DNA of 56,476 bases, filler included, from Perkinsus olseni (taxonomy: Eukaryota): the NCBI GenBank assembly GCA_013115125.1. It is 2 parts of 2 records of this genome, joined end to end, with 100 filler letters (N's around TTAATTAATTAA, not from the genome) between each part and the next. Parts side by side here need not be neighbours in the genome. Positions count along the whole stretch, not along the records: positions 1 to 28,206 come from JABANN010000453.1; 1 more part is not named here. One strand, given 5' to 3'. The notes beneath the pieces were generated by a model. The model was not told the DNA's origin. It made no database searches and worked only from the letters and a program-made list of their open reading frames with translations. The first letter of the stretch is position 1, and the number at the start of each line of letters is the position of its first letter. Positions 10,501-23,124 of this stretch are shown here, piece after piece. Made by a program: the position numbers and the translations under genes.

Positions 10501-13500
10501 ATGCGGCAGGCTCAGGTTGGTTCGCCTCAGCCTCCCTCTTCTCTCCGACGGCCGAGCTGGACGGAGAACTCGGGCTAGCCGGAGATGCTTCAGCAGCCCC
10601 TTCAGAAGCCGTAGGCGAGGCTGCTGCTTTTTTCGTGCCTTTCTTGCCCTTAGCTCGAGTCTTCCCTCGACGTGCTTCATTCTTCCCCCTAACGGTGCCC
10701 TTCTTCCCGACTCGTTTGGCCTTGCCCACGACGGGGACGTCCTCACTCTTCTTCTCTTCAACAAGCTTCTCCTTCTTTGTCATATCCGCCAACCCTTCGC
10801 CGGCCTTCCCCTTCTCATCATCAGCAACAGCCTTGCCCCATCCAACCGTCCTCTCATCCTTCCCGTCTTGTTGTGCCTGCTGATTCCTTCCCGCTTCTAC
10901 CAACCTATCAACTACCAATCCTCTCTTCTCCTCAGAGCTACTGTTCTTCCGCTCTTCCTTCATCAACAGCCTTGCTACAACTTTCTCTCGCACTTCATCC
11001 ACAGTATCAGCACTCTCTTTCCCTACCCGTCCTTCATTATCACTATCCGTCTTCCCCTTCGTCTTACTCCCTCCCTTCTTCTCTCTATCCTTCCCTTTAT
11101 GTTTATGCTTCTCCCCCGTCCTCTTTCCCTTCTTGCCTTTCTTCCTCCTTCCTTCACTTCCCTTGACGGTACCGGACTCACTAGAACTGGGTGAGACCTT
11201 CGCACTAGGCGACGGCTCATCGACAGCTTTACTCTCCTGTAGGGCATCTTGCCCATCTTGCACTCTTGCTCGTTTCCTCAACGCCTCCCCATCGTCATTG
11301 GCTGGCGAAGCAGCATCAGCTTCGTCGGTAACTTGCTCATCTTGCTCTCTTGGACGTTTCCTCAACGTCCCTTCCTCAGCGTTAGTCCACCAGCCCTTCG
11401 TTACCTCAAATTTAGGAGGCTCGGGATCGAACCTGGGCAACTTCCACTCCCCCGGCTTCGAAGCCGTGCCCTCATCCAACTCAGCTGCATAACTGGCCTC
11501 GATCTGCTCTCGCATTAAGTCGTAGCTTTCTCTATATATTTTCCTCAGCTGAGATCCCGCGATATAGACATCGTCACCTGGCTTGTTGAAAGCAAAGCAG
11601 TTGTCGAACATGAGCTCGAGGTCCTCTACGAAGTCCTTCGGGCTCGGATACCGATCCAGATTATGCGCGATAGAATCCAAATCGACCGGCCGTTGTATTG
11701 TTTGGTAGTAAGCTTTGCGGTTTTCAATAGGAATGTCCGTGTACTTGTGTACCGGCTTCAAAAATGACCAACCCTGGGGAATGTCCTGCAGCTGCTTGAC
11801 CACTGCGCCTAGCAATTGCCGCCAATGCTTCCGGATGATGGGACGGTTGCCGCTCGCTGTTCGCTCCTTCCGTGACGGATCGGACGCCCTAGGTGATGCA
11901 CCGTTACTGGCACGCCTCCCGTGTTCGGGTGGCGGAGGCGGTCGTGATATACGCGGGAAGAACTCTAGGGTCTCCTTCTGGAAGTCCTTCGGAGGGGAGG
12001 ATACTCTCCACAACTGCGGTGGAGCGCCGTGATGACGTCTTCTCGCCGGCACCACTTCGCCCTGAAATCACACGCCTTCATCTCTACCCATGGCTATTAG
12101 AAGCCACGACGAGCCGGATGTTGCCACAAAGAGCATCATCGTCTTCACCATCAGCTCGATTTGCGCATATGCCTCAGCGCACACAATCGCATCATCCCGC
12201 ATTAATAGTGTCTGTGTCGAATCTGTTCAAATCGATAGAGACTTCGTTAGCGAAGTCAGGAGCTAGTAAAGAAATATTCCTGGAGTACGAGCGTTGAAAC
12301 AAGTCCGCTCCATCAACGACAACGTAGTCGTGTCCACGCCGCGAAAAATAGCCCCTCTGAAATCGACAGATTGATCAACGATTCTACCCCTTATGGATAG
12401 CACGGAACCAGAAGGAGCTCAAAGGAATCTTAGCTCGAAGAGACGATAGGGCATCTTCTCCGACCTCAAGCGGGTAGATAGGAAGACGATAATGCCGCCA
12501 TTAGCACCCAGAGGACGTATCTTACAGTTTCAAGATCAAGCACGGGCGACTCGTGTCTCCACTCCTCCCACAAATCGAGCAGCGGCTCATATCCGAGAGC
12601 CAACGCGGCGTTATAGGACTCCATAACACTGAGGAGGAAAATGACATTTTCTAGCGGAGCGATGCACAAAAGACCTACTCCTTCTCGCTGTACGCCCACT
12701 GCTTGAGATAATGCCGCTCTATCGCTCGGGCCATCTCCGTTATCGGCTTCTCGCCATTAAACTCTTCGCAGTTGGAGAATATCAACATCATGTCGTTGTG
12801 GAAGTCTATCGGACGCGGAAAGAGCTCGAGATTCTCCTGATGGAAACACGAAAATTCAACGGTACACGGTGAAGGTTCGGCATCCCACAGTCCTTTCACC
12901 CAGATCACAATGGTGAGAGGACACGTTAAGGAGGACGACAATTCCAAAGCACTCAGAGTAGACGAATCAAAAACAACCTCATGATGCCAGTGACATGGCA
13001 GATAACGAGTCGTTAATTCTCTTCAACACTGTTGAGAACGCATCACACCCGCTCAATGGACATGAGCGAATCGAACGAATGTCGGGTGTCCACACGATAG
13101 TAGCACGTTTCATACTGTAGACAGGAGTCGATGCACTCTCGCTGTATCTTTCAACTATAATTGTTGACTCACCTCAACAGTTCGTAAATCCATCGGCCGT
13201 TTGATCGTCTTTTGGTACTTCACTTTCTCCTCCATCGAGACCGCTGGATGCTCCACCACCGGCGACTCCAACACGTAAGCATCGCTATGGTTCCTGGGAC
13301 ACGAAGGAACAGGGCGCTTACAGATGGACAGGAACCATACCCTGCGACATATCTAATGTTCATGCTGGGATATCTCATAATACTCAGTTATTCTATCGCC
13401 ACGCGGAACTTCGATCAATCAATCTTATTACATATATTTATTACAGATATTTTGTGATACGCCAGCGTCAACTTTAGATACGCAGACGGGTAACGCTGCT

Positions 13501-15013
13501 ATAGCATTCCATCGGTCCTCACCCCTTCCAAAAATTTTGCCAATTTTGTACTACCAACACTTCATTCGATCGCCTTCCTTACTTAACCGCACGATAGATG
13601 ACCCTAATCGTCCGATGCCAGTTCGCCGTCAGCCGCGTGACTTCAGTGATATCAGCAGGTTTCGCAGCCACTGGTGTAGTGTCGCTAGGGAAGAGTGTCG
13701 GAAAAGCACTGCTTGAAGAGGAGGAGGAAGAGGCAGCCCCGCTCGTCACCGGTCCTGAACATAGCCGTACCCCGTCGAAGTGGTGTAGTGAGCTCAGCAG
13801 TGGTAAAAACACGTGACCGCAATATTCGTGATAATGGAATAATACATGAATAATAAAACATACCAAATTTTCCGACGTTCTCCTACACTTTTCATTCGCC
13901 TTCCCACCCTTGCGCAAATACTTATAGCTCAAGCAGGAATTATGAATACGTTTGAAGTTGTCTCAAAGTTCGCTCGCCCTACACAATCGTCTGAAACGGG
14001 CAATTTACCCCCGCTTTCAGGGCACGCCTCGGGACTCTGAGATCGTGAATTGACGGGAGATTCTGTACAGCTCGTTAGTCTTGAACAACCCATGAAAATT
14101 CTCGGCCATCCGTCATAGCATTCCTCATTGGCATACTGATCACACCTCAGACGAGCATGCGTAAGGGCGATCAACCCCGATAATCCAAAATCGAGCACCC
14201 CCCGTCTTTTACTACCGCCCTCGGAAGCTTTCCGTCCCCCCTTGTTCCCCCCAGCAGCAGTCTTCTTCGCACTGCGAGTAGCCTGTGTCCGGCCACCTGT
14301 TGAGGATACCGGAACTCCTCTCCAACACCTAGCACTCAGCCCTACCGCGTTTGGAGGAGCGACGAGACTGGGGCGAGGACACAGTCGAGGACGGTGCACG
14401 CCTCCGCGTCCCACTCCGAGCAGTCCTCTCACTCGGTGCCTTCTCAGAATCTATCCGACAAGTGGGTCCCTCCCGTTTAACACGCCATATGACAGTGAAT
14501 CACTTGTGACTCGTATTGTGGTCTAGCATGACAGATATGTAGGATTCCCTGTGTACTCGAAAAAACTGTTACTGCCTAGCCAACCTTCCACCGACGCATT
14601 CCCTGAAGCTGTCGAGTCGCACCTCTATTGATCCGCTCCTTCGCCGTCCTCCATGCCGCTTCGAATAACTTCTTCAACCTCTTCCCTTCCGTATGGGCAT
14701 ACTCTCCGGGCGTGTTGAATAGGAAACAGTTGGAAAACATGAGATTCATATCCTCCTCGAAGCGGCGAGACGAATAGAGCGGGTCATTCTCCAGCCTCTC
14801 TCCCACCGTCCGCAAGTCCATCGGGCGGCTGATTGCCTGAGCCGTGAAAACCTTCGCTGTGCGGAATATCTTCCTTTCCCTATCTACCAATCGATACCGT
14901 CGTTTCACTTCATCAGGCAGCTCACACTCCACCACTGGTTTTACAAAGAAGTATCCTCGATCGGCCTTCTCGACTCTTGCTCGGACCTTCTTGCATTCAT
15001 CTCGCCATGTCAT
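7556..15013 (-). CDS. Multi-bromodomain protein locus (four bromodomains; one gene or two adjacent genes)
   Basis: BD1 at about 14630-15013 (FVKPV..ISRPMDLRTV..MFSNCFLFN). BD2 at about 12690-13640, split by long introns (LESPV..IKRPMDLRTVE/..IFSNCEEFN). BD3 at about 11500-11830 (FLKPV..IQRPVDL..MFDNCFAFN). BD4 at about 8380-8870, in frames the ORF track misses (DYYSIIKEPMDLGVV..IFHNCLLYN). Lys/Ser-rich linkers and a poly-His tract lie between them. Confidence 0.82.
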
Positions 15014-15669
15014 GAGATGGACAACGAAAGGGGGGTGGAAGGCACTGAACTGACAGCCCCACCACTGACAAGTCAGGGAGGATGGGCAGGGACGGCCCGA
15101 TCGGCGTTCCATACATTCCTTAGCCAACGCGAAGCCTCCTTTATTAAGTGACATGAACACAACAAGGCGGCAAGTACCCCTCCACTCCTTAAAACATGCT
15201 ATCACATGCCATGTTCAAAATATCACCATCACCACCACAACGATCAGTCCCCGACTAGTCGCCGCCGAGGACTGTGACAAACGGCAGGAAATTTTTTGAG
15301 GATTCTATAGAGTATAGCAGCAGTAACAGCGACAGCCGCAATAGTAACAGGTAAACGCCCAAGGGGGACTCAATCAATCACCGAAAGGCAGCAGCTTCCT
15401 CAATTGTACAACATTGCGTAAGCGTCAAAAACAACCTCGAGACGAAGGCAGAGGCAGTGAGAGGCACTCCGTCGAAGAATGGGCGGCGGTGGCAGAGAGG
15501 ATGCAGTCCACTTTGTCGTACTTATAAATATACACTCTTACAGCGGTGAGCAATGGTTCATCAAATTCTGCTTTTCTTTTTTCCTTTTACATTGTTTTTT
15601 TTGTTTTTTTCTGAAATTCTCATCAAACATGTACTGGTAATGTAACACAGGCCATGGGACTGCGGCCTA

Positions 15670-18341
15670 CTACCACCCGCAGCTCAGATTGCCCCTGACC
15701 GCGCTAGGCATCGGCAGCCCGGCAGTAACAGTATTGATATTGCTGGTACTACAATCCTCAGTCGATATCGACAAGTCACTTTCCATGTCCTCATCAACAC
15801 CCGTTAATGGTCCAAAGTCCAAGCCCGGATAGCTCGGCGGGAGTTGCCCATGCTCGGGCATCGCCTTCCTTAAGCGCCTAAACTCCTTCGTCCAGCGGTA
15901 CCCCACCTCCTCTAAGTAGTTTTTGAACTCTTCAAACGTTTCCACAACAACATCCTTCTCGACCATTCTCCCCGCGGCTTTCCTTAAAAAGCTATCTTTC
16001 TCACCATAGAACATTTCCAACACTTCAGTGTCAGTTTTCTCTCTCCGCAATTTCCCCGATTCATCAACCTCCTTCGCATCTGTAATAAACGGCGAGTTAA
16101 GCATTTGCGCCGGAGTAATTCTATCCTCAGGCGCCCACGTGAAACAAGCAGCCACAGCCTCGGACCAGTTCCGTTCCACCCTGCTCTTCTCCTTACTCGT
16201 CCCTTCCACATTCTTGGCTTGCAGCACAGCCGCCACTCCTGTCGGTCTGGTCATCATGTGCGATGCCTCCACCGTCAGTTCATCGCCACCATTCGCCTCC
16301 GGCCCAGTAGTAACAATATTTATCCTGCTCTGAGGGCCTTCTCCTGGAAACCGCAACCTGTAGGCCTGCACTCTCCTCTGCATAGCGTGATGGGGTACGC
16401 CAGGATGGACCGCGGCTTCCTCTAGCCCAACCCACCTCTGTACATAGCACCATTGCTCCAGGAAATCGCGACCCGGCATCTCATAATTCAGGAGCATTTG
16501 CCAGGGAGAAGGCGTGCTACTAATACTATAATACATCAGCGGCAAAGGCCACTCTTGCCCTCTAATGAAGCTAGCTTGTCCACCCTCAATGTGCCGGACG
16601 GAGCTTATGAACTTCCCGTCAGCGCCATAATAAGCCGTCTCCACTATCACCAGCTTCTCATAAAAATCTAGTATCCTCTCCCCCCTCCCTCTGATGACAG
16701 CGTCATTGAGGATCTCAAAGGGTATTGGCCCTAGCATGCTTGTAATGACATTGAGCTGGTGTAGTTCGTCTACGCTCTGGAACAGCGGCTGCCTCGTGGC
16801 CATCTCCACGAACATACACCCGATGGACCACATATCGATCGCACAGCCGTACGGGTGTAATCCCAAAATCGCTTCAGGCGACCGGTTGTAGCGACTCTGG
16901 ACGTGCTTGTGTATCGGATCTCGCTCAAACATAGCACAACTAAGGTCCGCTAATTTCGCTTCCACTTTCCATATTGGCTCACCGTCCGGAGCTGACCTTA
17001 TCAGGACGTTATCCAACTTCACATCACAGTGGACGATGCCCAGTAGTCTCATGAGGACCATCTGCTGCATCACCTGCTCCCCAATATGTGCTACCACCTC
17101 CAAAGAAAGGCCCGGCCGATGATCGCCCCAGACGCTCCGACCACCTCGCGCACTTCCTCCATCACAGGTTTGCCGGATCATACTGACACGAAAGAAGGGT
17201 ATGATAAAGCGCTCGCCCTGATGATCGATTCGTAGACCTACTCTAGAAGTGTCATGTCGATGAACTCGGCGACGATGCACGGGCGGCACTTGAAGACGAA
17301 GCTATCAAAATACTCGAGGAAGGGGGTTTCAAATTCCGGCATGTCTTCGCTCGGGAGTGGTAGTATAGCAGTTTCTTGCTCTGATGATGAGAAGGATGAA
17401 TCACCGGTCTCAGGCAGGCACACTCACTCTCTCGCTCAAAGACGGGCTTGGCTATGTTGAAGGCTCTGCTGAGGACTTCAAGCGCACGGGCTTCGAACAC
17501 AGCATGCTTCAAGTGCCTGCATGATGGTGATGGGTCATCAGGATCGCTCACTACCACCACTACCTGCCATTATTCTTGAGAACCTTCATTGCCACCTTCC
17601 TAGGTGCATAGCCTCGATAAATCGAGCTCATCGAGCAGAGGTAGACCTGGGAAGGGGAGAAGATGGTCTTCCAGGATTCGTCCTAGTGTCGTCCAGTGTC
17701 TAGCACTAGTTGCAGTACGTTGCCAAACGATCCTTCCCCGAGCTTATCCAAGACATGATACTCCACGCTCCTGTTACACGGAGATGGTATGAAGCTACCA
17801 ATGGCAAAGTCAGAGTCGCAGTCCATCTCGTGCTCAGGTCTCGGTGGTGATACTCTAGCCAAGAGCCTGAGGGAAGCATATTCAACATACACCCTGAGGC
17901 ATGCAGGACCTACATCGCTCCGTTGGCGCAGAACATACTGGTGCTGCCTCGGCCCGGCTCGGGTTCACGATGGACGACCAGCTGAGGCGGCCGTGCTTCA
18001 CCCTGTGGTTTTTTCTTCTCCTTCTCCGGTTTCTCCGCCGCCGCTGCCGCCGCTGCTGCCGCCGCTGCCGCTTTTTTCTTCTTTTTCTCGTACTCCGCCG
18101 CGTACTTAGCGAACAGCGCCTCGACACGTTTGCTCTCCTTGATCTCCCACTCAGATTTCTCGACCTTAGGGGTTGGAGGAGGCTCAGGTTTCGGCAGGTA
18201 GGGCAGCATCGGGAAGTCAAAAAGGCGGCAGCCGTCGGCGGAGCGAAGCATAGGGAACATCTCATCCACGAAGCAAGGACGCTCAGCAGCAGCAGCAGCA
18301 GCAGCCACTGGTGGATCGCCAACAGAGGCCGTGGGGGTCAT
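15670..18341 (-). CDS. Atypical DYRK-like (CMGC) protein kinase
   Basis: Spliced motifs: LGEGSFGN/VY, KVAMKVLKN, AVFEARALEVL, HCDVKLDNVLI, KLADLS, HVQSRYNRSPEAILG, IDMWSIGC, PEDRIT. Confidence 0.85.
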
Positions 18342-18361
18342 GCCAGATGATATGTACCGAA

Positions 18362-20291
18362 TTAACAAATCCTGACGATTTGAGGAAAAGTTGGTATGCA
18401 CGCTCACCATCCGCCAACACGAGCCCTTCCCGACAGTAAGGAACCTTGTCAGAAACATGCTACCGTCTCGGCGGCAACCGAAGGGCATCATCGGCCTGCA
18501 GCCCCGCCATGCCAACAGCCAGACGTATCAAATTTTGATTGCTAAAGCGTCGCATATCCACCGCCGCCCCTCCTCCCCAGCCAAGGGCGAAGCTGTCGAG
18601 AACATCAGCCGCGTCCACTGGCGAGGAGTGCGACGCAAAGTACCTTCGGAGCACCTCATGAAGCACGAACCAGCAGGCCTGGGCTTACACAACCTTAATC
18701 ATGTCAGCAGGGTCTCCGACCATCTCCTCGTAGCGATCAGCGAGCACCTTAGCTCGGTCTAGGGTTGCCGACCAGAGCAGGGTGTTGGCTGGAGGCGGGC
18801 ACACTGGGAAGGAAAGCTAACCACAGAGACCCCGAGGAAGGGGGACCTACGGCCTATTGCGTTGAGGGCTCGAGCGATGGTGCCGATGCACGAAGAGCTC
18901 AACCGGGCTATCCTCATCAGGAGCCGTTGGCTGTCCTCCCAAGCATGGTGGCAGGCAGCCAAAGATACCATACCATTGGCAGCTAAAACCTGTATGCCGA
19001 CCTGCGCACAGCAAAGATTGCTACAAGATACGGCTCACCGAACAACCCCAGAGGCCATTCGCCAGGCCCACGTCGACCCCTCGATGGAGTGCCAGATGAG
19101 CCCGAGAGGTGAGGGCCTCCGCAAGATCTCGGGCCCGGGGACCAGTCCAAGGCAGGAGGTTAGCCAGAGACCAGAGCATGGTCGAGAGGTGCTGTGGGGA
19201 GGCACTGTCGATAACTGACCGAGGGCAAAGGGCTTGGGAGGGTGGGAATGACATGAACCGCGCGACCATTTCCGCTCGAAATAACCAAAGCGCTCGCCCA
19301 GAGGGGAAGCAGTCCTGGCGACCCCGAGGCAAATCCACGTACAGTTCAGGGCGTATCAAGCCGCTGCTCTCCTCGCCAGGCTGAGGCCCTCCCCCTTACT
19401 TTCCAGTGCCCTCTGGCACAACCTCTCCGCGACCGGCCCTCGCCAGCTCACATCGTAGGCCGGCAGCGTCTCTGTGGGGATCCTGGCCAGTGACCAGAGG
19501 GTGTTAGACAAATTCTGGGTCGAGAAATGATCAAGGACTCCAGCCTGCTCATCAGCGATCAACTGATAGAAAAACCGGAAAATCGAGAGCTGAAGGGCGG
19601 TCCACCATACCTCCGCAATGAACCGTTCGAACTGAAGTGAGGGTCCGCTCCATAGCTGCCGCCTGGCCGTAGCCCAAAGCAGCAGACCGAGGTTGTGCGG
19701 GGGTATCCTGAGGTTACCCATGGCTTCCACACACACCAAAGCAGCGCCCTACTTGAGGAGGTCCTCTCGCAGCGTCTCAGAGTCGATGGTCCGCAGTCGG
19801 GCTAGCGCTAGGCTGATCGCCGCAGTAGATGCCTTCGTATCACAAGCCACCAGGGTATAAGATAGGTTAACCAAGTCGAAAACGTTAAAGGTGCTCTAAA
19901 GATACCAAAAGATACCCTCCCTCGGTCGCACACCCTGGCCATACCAAATCTAGCACGCCGCTGGCGACCACTGCCGGAATCTCTCTTTCCCACCAGCCCC
20001 CCAGGGCCCGATCATCAACCTTCTGAGCGCACCACAGCATCGTCGTTATGTTCCGAGGAGTCAGCTCGGCCTCCTTGAACCTGATAACCCATGGGCAGCG
20101 CCAAAGAGTTGCCACTGTTACCAATCCCAACCCTGGGCTGCGACCAGTCCCTTGAACTCAGCGAGGACCTCGATGGCATCTTCTTGGGAGGTCCGCTCCT
20201 TTGGTAGTTTATTAAGCCCATAGTGGACGAGGCCGATCATCTTACCGGGGCATCCACCATGCCGCTCGGCAAGCCTTGCTAGTGCGACCAT
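18362..20291 (-). CDS. Helical-repeat (OPR/HPR/FASTK-like) putative organellar RNA-binding protein
   Basis: Repeated motifs across exons: PRNITTMLWCAQK, PHNLGLLLWATAR, TQNLSNTLWSLARI, PQHLSTMLWSLANL, LANGLWGCS, NQNLIRLAVGMA. Confidence 0.7.
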
Positions 20292-20640
20292 TCGAACGAT
20301 CAAAGCATGCGTTCTGACTAAAATCGCCAAAGATTGTTACTTCGCTCCGCTAAGAAAATGACACTCGTGATTCGCTTCGCTCCGCCTTTCATCGCCCTGC
20401 ACCTGCCGTGACAGCGGCCTTCCAACCCGCGTCGTCTAGTAAGGGTACTATAGGCACACAGCCTCTCCCCCGCCATCTCCCTCCGGTGGACTCTTCGGCC
20501 GGCATCGGAATGAAGAGAGAATGAGCTCTCGTTCGCCACGAAATTGGACGTATCTTTCCATCTAGGTTGAAATCGATCAAATATCCCGATAGGTCGACCT
20601 CGGTGGTATCTTCCCCTCCAGATGCCTGTTGTGCCCCCTT

Positions 20641-22403
20641 ATGGCAAGTGATATACTATTGGACGTGGGAGGGACGTTGGAGTATCTGTACACCCTCCTG
20701 GGCCCCCGATGGATGCTCCTCGGAGCGGCCCTCATCCTCTGGGCTCTGCATTACCTCATGCTGCTACATCAACGACCCTACGTCTATTTCTCGGGGACGA
20801 GGTCGACTCGAATCTTGGTAGTATCTAAGCTCCACTCTGGCTTGATACGGAATAGGTCGACTCGATGATCCTAGTGTTCGGGATTCAGGAGTTGTGCCCC
20901 GCCGCCACTACCTCTTTCTCCCCTGCCCTTTGGTGTCTGGGTAGCGGTACTTTGCAGACTCTGGCTGGCACTTGGTAGCATATGAACCCCCTCCTCACCC
21001 GACTACGCCGCCCTCTCAGGCCCCTCGGCAATGTTGATGAGCATACCCCACCCGCTCCTCCCCTGCCCGGGGCCTGCCAATACTCGCGTGAATTCATACA
21101 GGTACCAGGCCCTCCTTATCACCTCCGCCCTCCCCACTCGACCCTTAGGTCTCAACAGGCCGCACAGTGTCGCTTGACTGGTTACCAATCGACGACCGAG
21201 GGACCCCTCCAGGGAGCGGTCTCCGGCCCCAGGACTGCTTCGCCCTTCTCATCATCCTCAACGACGGTGTAGGTGGGGCCCTTGTTAATGGCTGCATAAT
21301 AGAGACCATACAGTACGCTAAGGTAAGAGCAGGAGACCATGGCGGCCGCCGCCTTGCATAACCCTCTCTCTTCAGTCCCTGGGCTTTGCCTGTGTTGTAG
21401 TCAACCTGCCCGGTGCAGGAGGGACGGTGGCGCCCCTACCAGCGAAGGGAGGGGGCGGCAGCCTCACCCCCTGTGCGAGTGTGCTGCGGCCGTCGTTCCG
21501 AAAGGAGATTGCTGAGGCGATGGACGCCATAGACAGACGGCTTAGGAATTGGGAGCAGCTGCTGCAACAGGTAGGCCGGAATGACCATTCTACACTCAGT
21601 CGCTCCGGTTCTGTCAGACAACACCTCGCCAGAGGTCCCCAGACGACCGGTCATCACCCGCGGGGTCCACGCCCCGACCGGCCTTTCCGCAGCCCTCAGG
21701 CCCTGTCTCGCTCCCTAAGGGCCTCATCGCCTTCTCTGCGGGCGGCTTGCATGCTCTGGACTACCTGGCCCACTACACTCCTCGGTCCTCCTCTTCGAAC
21801 GACCAACTGGCCGGCACCCCCGAGCCCAGCCCCGACGAGCACACCTCCGCCTCCTCCCCCGCAGTGGGTGGCATCGGAGCCTGTGCCTTCGGTCATGTCC
21901 CCTTGAAGCCTGAGAAGTGGGCCGCTGACTCGAGTAGCGCTAAGAGCGACTTTCTGGCCCGGTGCAAGGTCCTACTGCGGCAGTGCTGCGCGGCAGGGGA
22001 CTCGGATGTCGACCAATGCCAGGCGGCGCTGAAGGCTGAGACTCTCCTCGAGTTCGAGACAGCTTTGCTGCCACTGACGGGCCCGCCTGTTGCCGCCTTC
22101 AAGCCCTACGACAGCGTCTCCACGCTGACCATCCCGACCTGTTTGTACTTCTCACGAGATGACCCTACCATGGACTTCGACTCTGACGTGGACCTACTCC
22201 AGCTGGCAGCCAAGGGAAAGGACCACCTGGTCACGGCAGTAACTGAGACTGGTGGTCACTGTGGGGGCTTCTCCACTGGCTCCCTCTTCCGGTCGAGGAA
22301 GCCCAGCAGCAGCAGACGGGATCACCCTGACACAGGTATCCGGTACTCTGTTATGTTCATGGTGGACTTCATAGCTGCCAGCTTGCGGCCTGTGCTGCTG
22401 TAA
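20641..22403 (+). CDS. Alpha/beta hydrolase, YheT/ABHD1-3 family
   Basis: N-terminal membrane anchor, then GTLQTL, YSREFI, TVSLDWL, CVVVNLPG, the nucleophile motif AFSAGG, FSRDDP and TETGGHCG. Confidence 0.78.
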
Positions 22404-22536
22404 GATTCATCTAAATTCAACTGGACATTTGCAATATTTGTTTCCCATGTACCCCATTGGCCTTGCGTCCGCTGCGGCTGTGGGTTCTCAGTAGCCTCTC
22501 CTTCAGTAGTAGTTGTTGTCCTCCACTCTCGCCGCC

Positions 22537-22838
22537 ATGCTGCTTCGTTTCTACCTCGACAATGACGGCAAGCGTGTGTACACCTTGAAGCAGTCCGTGC
22601 CCGCTAATGACGGTAAGGCCTGCCCCCACCTGTCTGAGTGGATCTCTTCTTGTAGGTTCGGATAGCGAGCAGCCCACCTTCAGTGCCCACCCTGCCCGAT
22701 TCAGCCCCGATGACAAGTAGTCGGAGTGTAGTCCTTCGGGGTGGCCAGCGTTATTCGTTCAGGTACTCGGCCGAGCGTGTGACCGTCAAGAAGCGTTTCG
22801 GCGTCCTGTTGACGCAACAGCCTAAGCCGGAGCTCTAA
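22537..22838 (+). CDS. NOP10: H/ACA snoRNP subunit Nop10 (3 exons)
   Basis: Spliced product [57 protein letters not shown], with two GT-AG introns. Not present in the ORF track. Confidence 0.96.
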
Positions 22839-23124
22839 GCGCTACTACTACTACTAGCCACATCATAACGTACCAGTATCTTACCATCACCCGTGATCAT
22901 TGCGTTGGAAGTTAGTAGTGGAGGGAGAGTGAGGATAGAAGAACAAAGTTGGGTGTTATATATCGTGACCATCCGTATCGGTATTCAACCTAGTTCGAAA
23001 GTAGTTAACCATCCAGAGTTGGGCCCATGGTAAGAGAGGTGCCGCATCAGCCAGAAACAGATAGAATCACTCACAATGTCACTCGAAAGAGGAGCGGACG
23101 CGTAGAATTCAATGCTCAGTTTCA

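Noticed and set aside
9179-11518. Long plus-strand ORFs opposite the bromodomain gene, and many poly-M/L/Y/C ORFs in the right contig
   Set aside because: These are antisense shadows of GC-rich coding sequence or translations of microsatellites.
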